Source of the DNA: Octopus bimaculoides
Taxonomy: Eukaryota
Assembly (NCBI RefSeq): GCF_001194135.2
Contig: NC_068998.1
Span: 5,773,492 to 5,837,491 of the forward strand
Reading direction: 5' to 3'
Length of the DNA: 64,000 nucleotides
Within the stretch, counting starts at the first letter, position 1, and each line of letters opens with the position of its first letter. The translations under genes and the position numbers were made by a program. The notes beneath the pieces were generated by a model that had not been told where the DNA came from, made no database searches, and saw only the letters and a list, made by a program, of their open reading frames with translations. Positions 55,421-64,000 of this stretch are shown here, one piece after another.

Positions 55421-56501
55421 TCTACCCCTGATATACCTTAACTCTACAGAAAATGGATTAATTGACAAGGATTTTCGTTGAATCATACAGAAAGTTGTGC
55501 AACAATTGCTTAATGTAACGACCGCAACTTAATAAGTGTTTCAAGTTCATACACGTTCTATAGTGACGAGAGAAAAATGGACAGTGGAGAGAGATAAACT
55601 TTCTCTAGCGATGTGCAGGCAATTTTCCACCAATATATATATATATAAAAAAACCTCTTAATTGTTGTACACAAAATCAATAAATCCCCTAATTAACTCT
55701 CACACTGTTTCATTGATTTATCTCTAGTAACAAAACCTAAATACCTATTATCCTTATTGCAAACAGCTGCTATTTTCAGCGAATGTTGCAACATCTGAAG
55801 TTCATTTTTATAATTTTAACTTTATATCTTTTAATTATTTTAATCATTAGACTGCGGCCATGCTGGGGCACTCCCTTGAAGAATTTTTAGTCGAATGAAT
55901 CGACTCCCCCACCCCACTCCAGTACTTTATTTTAAAGCCTGGTACTTATTCTATCGGTCTCTTTTTGCTGAACCGCTAGATTACGAGTACGGAGTTGCTG
56001 GGTGAGGGTTTTGTATTTGCTAACCATTTCTTTTTTGACTAAACTGAGGAAACACAACTAGATCTCATTATGCAAAAAAAAACAAAAAAACAGTTGCATA
56101 ATCAAATACATGTATTCTTGGGGAACTACGTTGCGTCGAAACAATTGTAGCANNNNNNNNNNNNNNNNNNNNNNNNNNNNNNNNNNNNNNNNNNNNNNNN
56201 NNNNNNNNNNNNNNNNNNNNNNNNNNNNNNNNNNNNNNNNNNNNNNNNNNNNNNNNNNNNNNNNNNNNNNNNNNNNNNNNNNNNNNNNNNNNNNNNNNNN
56301 NNNNNNNNNNNNNNNNNNNNNNNNNNNNNNNNNNNNNNNNNNNNNNNNNNNNNNNNNNNNNNNNNNNNNNNNNNNNNNNNNNNNNNNNNNNNNNNNNNNN
56401 NNNNNNNNNNNNNNNNNNNNNNNNNNNNNNNNNNNNNNNNNNNNNNNNNNNNNNNNNNNNNNNNNNNNNNNNNNNNNNNNNNNNNNNNNNNNNTATATAT
56501 A

Positions 56502-56739
56502 CTTTATTTAAAAGCAGCAGAAATATAACAAAAAAAACCGTTACTCTGAGTTTCACGTTCCCGTTCATCGGACAGTTTTGTTAGAAATGGAGGAAGGATA
56601 ACGATTTGCATCGTTATCCTTCCTCCATTTCTAACAAAACTGTTATATTTCTGCTGCTTTTAAATAAAGCATATTACTCTACCTCTGGTATTTGAGTACT
56701 CTTTTTTCCACCTTGTTGCACATTTCATGTGCTTACTCC

Positions 56740-56740
<1 letters not shown>
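56502..56740. mobile_element. Penelope-like terminal repeat arranged as a nested inverted repeat
   Basis: Perfect arms 56502-56530/56641-56669 and 56573-56605/56610-56642; shares the gagtttcacgt motif with 49.4 and 58.0 kb. Confidence 0.6.
56533..56580 (-). ncRNA. Minimal hammerhead ribozyme motif (CCGAUGA core)
   Basis: - strand: AAAACUGU-CCGAUGA-ACG(GGAA)CGU-GAAAC-UCAGA-GUA-ACGGUUUU; 8-bp stem I, palindromic stem III. Confidence 0.65.
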
Positions 56741-56774
<34 letters not shown>

Positions 56775-57469
56775 GGTGTGTTGTGTATATGCAAGTATAT
56801 AGATATGGATGTGTGTGTATATGTATAAATATGTGTGTGTGTGTGTACGCGCGTATGTAGACAGACAGATGACATATAACACACGCAGCAATTCAAATAC
56901 AGTCACACATAACTTTGTTCCCCACCGCGCCGGCAACATCAATCATCTTGGCATCAGCTGGTAATTTGGCTGTCGAGATTTGTCTCTGACCTCCATTTAG
57001 TTTCTAAAAGTACATTCGTGTGTGTATGGTGGGTAGGTGGACGTGAAGAGTACCCTGATTTTTAGACAGAGAAAAGCATTTTTGGAAGGGGCGGTGTGAA
57101 CGAAATCGGCAAAAAAAAAACCAGCTACAATAATAAATCATAACCACCATTTTATGAAGTAAATGAGAACGAGCCCCTGGGTGTTGAAAAACGTATAATT
57201 TTGTTTTTTCAGTAAAAGCATGTCAACATATGATTTTGTATATTTATTTTGATATACAAATTAATAACTTTTAAAGAAACGGCATTCCTTCGGCATCGGT
57301 CTACAAAGTGTCGACATAGTCTTCTTCAGTTCAACTTTTTTTTTTAACTATGTCATGAGAGAAGGTTTGGTGGGTGAATGACGTCGTGTACAAATACCGA
57401 AGGATTGCCAATGAAATACTGAGATTCTAAATAAATGGTGTATTCATCAACTCATTCTATTATTGTAGC

Positions 57470-57800
57470 CTCGAGCAAATCAAGGCTTTGTGAATAGATC
57501 TGGCGGATGGAAACTGAAAGAATCCCGTCGCACGGAGGCGCGCGTGTACAGAGAGGGAGAGGGGAAGTGCGGTGAGTTGGTAAAATCGTTCGCACCGGAC
57601 AAAATGGACCATATAGTTGGTAAGCAAACTACTTACCACACAGCCACTCCAACGCCAAACCACACACCCTTTGTTAATACATACATACATACATACATAC
57701 ACAGTCGCACACGACGGGCTTCTATACAATTTCCATCTACCGAATTCATTCACAAGGCATTGGTCAGCCCCGGGGCTAGAGTAGAAGACAGTTGTTCAAG
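57470..57800. mobile_element. SINE family A fragments in opposite orientations
   Basis: + piece 57478-57530, - pieces 57615-57650 and 57705-57800. Confidence 0.55.
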
Positions 57801-58009
57801 GTGCTATAGAAAAAAATTCAGTACCATTTCATATTAGAAAGAGATCTGAACCAGTCAAGTGCAGAACACAGCGATACCTGCCTTTGTTATGGTCCAATTT
57901 CCTTTCTAGATTTTGTCACTCAATTTCAGTAGAATTTACGGAGGATTAATGGAGGGTGTACGTCACAAAGGCACTGCAAAATTTAGCTTTTGATCCTTAT
58001 ATATATATA

Positions 58010-58505
58010 TATATAGTTAGATAAGGCCAATTCATGGGATTACCCTGAGTTTCACGTCCATAGAGCGCTTAGCTTTATGGCGTGTCATCAGATCCTAAAA
58101 CTTGTTGACTTGAGGCCTCTCTAGAATATGAAGTTGGAAAGGACCTCGTTACTCAATGTCAACAACAGAGGATTGTCTCCCTTTGGCTATCATTCGAAAG
58201 TGACCCCATTATTTTGTGGGTTCCAATAGGCCAGCAGGAATTTCCTGAATTGCAAGCACGGATCGAGAGAATCCTTCAGAATATTCGCACGTGCCGCCAT
58301 GCATAGTTTACAATGCTTGGTTACGTTTATGTAGGGGCCTTGAATTTCTAGGATTCTCCATGCTATTGTGTATGGAATCCCGTCGTCTTTCAGGTGCCAT
58401 ACATGGGTGGCTAGTGACATAACGTATCTCCTTTTCGGTATCATGAAGGAGGATTTATATTATATAGAGTGTGCTTCTTTTCCGGATTTATGTCTTATCG
58501 ACTAT
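58010..58505 (-). mobile_element. 5'-truncated Penelope-like retroelement (GIY-YIG C-terminal remnant plus pLTR)
   Basis: SLATHVWHLKDDGIPYTIAWRIL...PYINVTKHCKLC resembles the PLE endonuclease tail; hammerhead motif follows. Confidence 0.75.
58037..58095 (-). ncRNA. Type-I hammerhead ribozyme motif in a Penelope 3' pseudo-LTR
   Basis: - strand: GGAU-CUGAUGA-cacgCCAUA...UAUGGacgu-GAAAC-UCAGG-GUA-AUCC, lying just downstream of a GIY-YIG remnant. Confidence 0.7.
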
Positions 58506-58757
58506 ATATATATATACACACACATACACACGTGTGTTTGTGTATGTGCGTATCTGAGCATGACTGTAAATTAGAAAAAGGACGGAAGAATGTTACTCTT
58601 ACGTAAATGTTAGGTAATTTAATATCTAAGATGTACTAAACTATATTTACATATATGTATGTATGTAGGTGTGTGCGTGCGTGCGCGCGCATGTCCCTGT
58701 ATGTATTTATCTATAAATTTATGACTACTGGTTGTTATGTTGTGTTCATGTATACAT

Positions 58758-58798
<41 letters not shown>

Positions 58799-58963
58799 AA
58801 GAGAGAGTTTGTGTAATATGCATGAGATAATATTAACGTGTGCGGCAAAGGAAAAAACAGACTGTTTACAACTTCGAAACTCGCTAATTTCTCTCTAACC
58901 TTACTCTTTCTCTCTCCTTTTCTCTTCTTTTTCCAATTGAACCTTTCTCTGTTTCTTTCACAG

Positions 58964-59010
<47 letters not shown>

Positions 59011-59158
59011 GTCTATCGTGTCCTTGAATGCTATTTAACAAAACTAGCTATGTGAGTGAATACACACACGCACACACATATGCGTGTGTTTAAGTATTAA
59101 CATATTCAAGTGTGTAGACAAACAACAGCTAGACAGATAAGTAGACAGACAAACAGAG

Positions 59159-59221
<63 letters not shown>

Positions 59222-59681
59222 GAGGGGGAGGGGTTATAATAAGATATTTAAACAGAAAGTTAGTCGGGCATGTATAGCAATATAGTTTTAAGTGTTGAAA
59301 CGTTAAGTTTTCAAAAAACAAAGTACATCTCACAACAAATGGATTTCCTTCTTTATTTTTTACGGATTCCGCATATTTGCACACGTTCAATGTTGTAGTC
59401 ATGAGAAACGTTAACAAACTCGACATGTTGAAACGGGTCACGCGCACTTTGATTCGGGCCTTCTCCAATACATGAATGCATAGGTGTATGTGCGCGCGCA
59501 AGTGTGTGTGTGTACGTGTGCATGTGTGTATATATATATATATATATACACTTATAACACGTCAGCATGTGTGTCTGTACATATACGTGTATGTCTATGT
59601 ATGCACACGCACATATGCTGGACATATATACACTATATACACATGTACATACACATCGAGAGGGAGAGAGAACTTGTCAAC

Positions 59682-59717
<36 letters not shown>

Positions 59718-59807
59718 AGATGGGGCGTAAGTTTTCATGAACCTGTATCACCGAACGCATTAACATCAGCTGGTTCAACAAAAGATATAGTTATGTGTGT
59801 GTTGGTG

Positions 59808-59847
<40 letters not shown>

Positions 59848-60317
59848 ATCGTTTTTTATTTTCAAGAATTTTCTTTTTTAGTTTCCCACCTGATGGATTT
59901 GTTAACGTGTGTGTGGGGGGGGGAGAGTGCTGCGGAGGCAAATGAAAGTTTTTGGAAAGCCGTTGTATAAAAGGAAATGTATATATTTGAGATATTTACA
60001 AATTGAAAAATGTAGAATTGGTATAAAAAATAAAAAAATAAAAAAGCCCCACTTTGAAGCATACACGCGTTACATCAGCCTACGCTTTATAGCAATATTT
60101 ATACACACTCACTTGAGCTGTCGCTCACATATACATATATATATATGCATTAACATCCAATGACGTACCGCTCTTTCATATATACACATACATACACACG
60201 CATACATTTATATATATATATATATATATATACATTGATTCACATACAATATATACATATATATATATATGGAAAAAAGACAAGGTAGAAGATGCTAAAA
60301 TACTTTTATAAAAAACA

Positions 60318-60360
60318 TTTCAGTACTGGTTTCGATCCTTGAGATCTTTTCAACTGTAAA
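60318..60360 (-). ncRNA. Minimal type-I hammerhead ribozyme motif, U3-A8 core variant
   Basis: - strand reads uuuaCAG-UUGAAAA-GAUC(ucaag)GAUC-GAAAC-ca-GUA-CUGaaa: stem I, core, perfect 4-bp stem II, short stem III, GUA site. Confidence 0.6.
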
Positions 60361-61137
60361 TATGGATAACAAATATATATATATGTATGTACATACACTT
60401 ATATACAATATATGTACATATATACAATTAAGCAACATGTACTATATACATACATGTACACACTATATATGCATATATGTGTTATATATGTTGTACATAC
60501 ACACACACGCACACGTTAGCACGATGTCATAGCAATGTGTATAATCAGACCACTCTCAAAAGATAATTAAAAAATAAAATAAACCCACTTAAATATCAAA
60601 ACCAATCCAATCAAGACCACGACTACTGCCAACACTAACACCAACACAACCACTCCCAGCATCATCATCATGAACATCAACGCAATAATTATCATTTCCC
60701 TCTTTCATAACATCCTTCTAATGATCGCTTTCCCATTGTAAGGCCTTCTGTTTGTTTTGTTTTTTTTTTGTTTTTTTTTTACAATAAAAGTGCATCGCAG
60801 GGGTCGCAGACATTTTGCAGTTCATCTTTTACCGTTTTTTTTTTTTTTTCCTTTTAAAATCTTACTTGAATTTCGCTTTATATCTTGCCTTTTTAAATAC
60901 ATTTAAAACACAATTTTTATCCATCTTTATCTCCTTTCAAATTTCCCATTAAATTCACTTTCAGTTGTTCACTCGGATCTTTGTTGTTCCTAGGTTGTCT
61001 TATTAAATTTTCCACCCCGCTTGCGACCAAGAATACAGTTTTTGAATATATTTACAACAAAATAGTTGAGCAATTTCATTTGTTATAATAATTCATTAGA
61101 AAATCTGTTTCTTTTTCTTTAAAAAAAAAATGTTTTT

Positions 61138-62004
61138 TTACCATTTTAATTTACCCGGGATATATTTTTCAATCAATTTTTCGTAATGTGGTCGGATTTC
61201 GTCAACGTCCGGAATGACGGGTGATTTGGTATACAAATCGAACGGGTTGAAATTTTGAACCCATTTCAACATTTCTTGATCTTTGTTGTCACACAGGTAA
61301 CCATAATCATTACAGGTGTGCCATGGGTAGAAAGAATGGTATCGAATGACACAGAGAGCTTCCTCGGGTAGGTAACAAGTGTTGTGTTTCAGTACTTGGT
61401 ACATGTACTCATCGTGGCCCCAAGACATGAGTACCTTACTCAGACCACAGTGTTCTTCGTAAATACCGAGTTTCGTGTTGAATTTCGGGTTGTTAAAATC
61501 GCGGTTGTCGTTGAAAGTACTGTCGGCATAAACGACCGAAGGAGCTGGTCTACAGCCGACCGGGTAGGTGTCGCCGACCACCGACCACTGCGGTGCACCC
61601 CAGAGGGCCATAACTTTACCTAGGTCGTGTATGAGTCCCGTCAACTGAAACCAGTCTTCGTCGGGGTACTCTTTACGTATTCCTTCTGCCGTTTGAAACG
61701 CATGGAAAGAGTTACTGAGATCGATGTCCGGGTCGGATTCATCCACCAAGTTGTTTAACATTTCCAGAGCTTCCATTATAGACATTTCAACATGATCGAA
61801 TCTGGTCCATCGTCCGTGGGATTCTTTCACAAAGTCGACAGTTTGAAACGTGTGCATTTGCTTGTAGGTGTTGTACACCTGCGAATCGGAATCACATTTG
61901 TCAAAGTTCCTGAAGGAATGGTTTTCTTTGGCCGCGTCGTGGTTATAAACCAGTTTCTCCCTTATAAACGGAGACATAATATTGCTGTCCAATGCAGCAG
62001 TCAT
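61138..62004 (-). CDS. MIOX: myo-inositol oxygenase, single exon, 288 aa
   Basis: Uninterrupted ORF; first ATG at 62004 (the track starts at TTG 62013). Motifs LVDESDPD, SFHAFQTAEGIR, GLIHDLGK, VVGDTYPVGC, MSWGHDEY, RYHSFYPWH, FDLYTK and C-terminal PGKLKW, with all HD-fold di-iron ligands present. Confidence 0.97.
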   Translation of the reverse strand: MTAALDSNIMSPFIREKLVYNHDAAKENHSFRNFDKCDSDSQVYNTYKQMHTFQTVDFVKESHGRWTRFDHVEMSIMEALEMLNNLVDESDPDIDLSNSFHAFQTAEGIRKEYPDEDWFQLTGLIHDLGKVMALWGAPQWSVVGDTYPVGCRPAPSVVYADSTFNDNRDFNNPKFNTKLGIYEEHCGLSKVLMSWGHDEYMYQVLKHNTCYLPEEALCVIRYHSFYPWHTCNDYGYLCDNKDQEMLKWVQNFNPFDLYTKSPVIPDVDEIRPHYEKLIEKYIPGKLKW

Positions 62005-62114
62005 TATGATCAATTTGCGATAGTTACTGTTGCTATTGTTGTTGTTGTTGTTGTTGTTTTCGTTGTTTCAATTCTTTCTTCAAGCTGAGAACGAAAGTTT
62101 TTCCTTCACATCAG

Positions 62115-62153
62115 AAGTGCGATTTGTTTATCGAGCAGTGGGCCTTTTATATA
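62115..62153 (-). promoter_or_regulatory. Putative MIOX core promoter: TATA box plus Inr-like element
   Basis: TATATAAAAGG on - at 62153-62143; CGCACT (BBCABW-type Inr) with A at 62118, about 31-33 nt downstream and 114 nt upstream of the ATG. Confidence 0.55.
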
Positions 62154-63084
62154 AACTATCAGGCGACGATAGACAGATAGAAAGATAGATAGATGAATGG
62201 ATGGAGGGACTAACGGAAAGAAAGAAAGAAAAAAAAAGAATGGTAAGGAAGAAGAAATTGGGTGAGATACAACGAAGAAAAAAGTAGGTGTGTATTTCTT
62301 TTTGATTGGACAGATTTTGTGACGGTAATTTCTGATTGGTCGAGCACTGTGTAAACAATAACAACCACATTATTGAAAATGCGTGCAGTTTCTTCAACAG
62401 CGTAAAATTAAATTAGGCCATGTTTACTACTTTATAATACATTCGTCATCGTAATCCACCATCATCATCACCACCACCATTGTCATCATCATCATCATCA
62501 TTATTATTATTACCACAACCATCGCCACACGTCGTCGTTGTCATGTGTTTTCTACTAGTCTACTCAATTACAAGTCATCATCATCATCATCGACATCATC
62601 ATCGTCGTCGTCGTCATCGGCAGTGAGATTCACCGATTGTTCTGTGTTCAAATCCGGCCGAGGTCAATTTTGCGTTTCATTTTCTCTTTCTTTTCTCGTG
62701 GTGGTGATGGGTGGGGTGGGGGTGCAGAAATAAATAAATAAAAAAGTACCAGTCAAATACTAGCGTCTTTACCATCGACTAATCCCTCACTCCCGACCCA
62801 AATTTCTGGTCACGTGCCTATGTTTGAAAAACATGTTTATTAGTAAGTATTTCATTAAGGGTTGCAAAGTCAATTTTCATCACCATCATCATCATCATTA
62901 TTACCACAACCATCGCCACACGTCGGTGATGATTATCAAGATGATGGTAATCATTATCATCATCATCAACGCCATCATCAATATCAGCATGGTGTTGGGT
63001 TGGCCGGATGGTTAGAGCGTCGGGCAAAATATTTTGCAATATGTAATTAAGTTGTTGTCGCTCTACGTTCAAATGGAGCCGAAG

Positions 63085-63985
63085 GAATCGGACAATAAGC
63101 GTAAGCCAGTGTCAATGGTGGTGGTTCCAGAAATTCCGAGCCTGAAACTACAGCCTCGAAGACGAGTCTCGTCCTAGATCTGTAGATCTCCACTGGGGAC
63201 GACCTGCAAACCCTGATGGGACAAAATCCCATCATAACTGTTAAGGAACGAGCAGAGAAGCTTGGATTTGGTCATTCAACCATTCATCGACACCTGCGTG
63301 TCAGCAAATTGGGTCAACAGGTTTCTCACAAACTTTCCTGGTCTAATCGAGCGCAAAGAGTGAATGTGTGCTCTTCTTTGCTGTCACGTCTCACGAATAA
63401 TCCTTTTCTTTTTTAACCGAATAGTGACTGGTGACGAGAAATGGGTTCCCTATAAAAATGTCAAGCGCCGAAGACAGTGGGTGAGGAAAAGAGAAACACG
63501 GGCGCCCCAGGCTAAAGGTCTTCACCCACGTAAGGTGTTGTTATGTTTGGTGGGATATGAAAAGTTTAGTGCACTTTGGACTTTTAAACTCAAACCAAAC
63601 GATAACAAAGGAGATCTACTGCAAATAGCTCGAGCAGCTTAAGCCAGCGCTGGAAGAAAAACGACCATCTTTGGTTTGAAGACGGAAGGTGTTCTTCCAT
63701 CAGGATAATGCTCAGTCACATAGAGCGAGGATGACATTCCAAAGGCTGGAGCCGTTTGAATGGGAAACGATGCCCTACCCGCCATATTCGCCGGACATTG
63801 CCCCCTCTGATTATCATTTATTCCGCAGTCTTCAAAATCATTTGGACGGAAAAAATATGAATTCTGTAGACGAGGTTAGAAGAATACTGGATGAGTATTT
63901 TTCGTGACGGACAAGTGAATTTTGGAAGAGCCTTGTAAGTCTACCAGATAAGATGGAAGAGCATTGTAGAAAATGAAGAAGAGTA
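63085..63985 (+). mobile_element. Decayed mariner transposase (frameshifted)
   Basis: RIVTGDEKWV, HPRKVLL, FHQDNAQSH and PYPPYSPDIAPSDYHLFRSLQNHL are split over several frames. Confidence 0.93.
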
Positions 63986-64000
63986 TATATATATATATAT

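Noticed and set aside
1546-56568. Many long ORFs in the track (poly-[17 protein letters not shown])
   Set aside because: They run through N gaps or microsatellites and have no coding complexity.
61138-62013. Horizontal transfer or contamination as the explanation for intronless MIOX
   Set aside because: Motifs are colinear with animal MIOX (SFHAFQTAEGIR, V.Y.DSTF) and the flanks are continuous host microsatellite and SINE DNA; a phylogeny is still needed to close this.
62005-62013. TTG start given by the ORF track
   Set aside because: Eukaryotic gene; an in-frame ATG lies three codons downstream at 62004.
63085-63985. Mariner ORFs as a domesticated SETMAR-like gene
   Set aside because: Multiple frameshifts and stops, no SET domain, and it interrupts a SINE.

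Overview
Eukaryotic, AT-rich, microsatellite- and SINE-dense DNA with many N gaps. The repeat families and gene style suggest an octopus genome (inference). Two protein-coding genes are supported. (1) A 14-coding-exon vertebrate-type N-acetylglutamate synthase (NAGS) on + (CDS 13275-36857, 552 aa); every exon has AG/GT borders and the phases join without a break. (2) An intact, completely intronless myo-inositol oxygenase (MIOX) on - (62004-61138, 288 aa) with a TATA/Inr-like promoter and downstream A-tracts, i.e. a probable retrogene. The rest is at least five tRNA-derived SINE families, TIR MITEs, and decayed hAT, mariner, LINE and Penelope remnants. The main hidden signal is a set of minimal type-I hammerhead ribozyme motifs tied to Penelope-like terminal repeats. 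Four well-formed ones lie on - (49.4, 56.5, 58.0, 60.3 kb) and two are decayed (15.8, 42.9 kb). The 60.3 kb motif is a U3-A8 core variant about 780 nt downstream of the MIOX stop on the same strand and before the first canonical AATAAA. All calls were made by eye; SINE boundaries are approximate.
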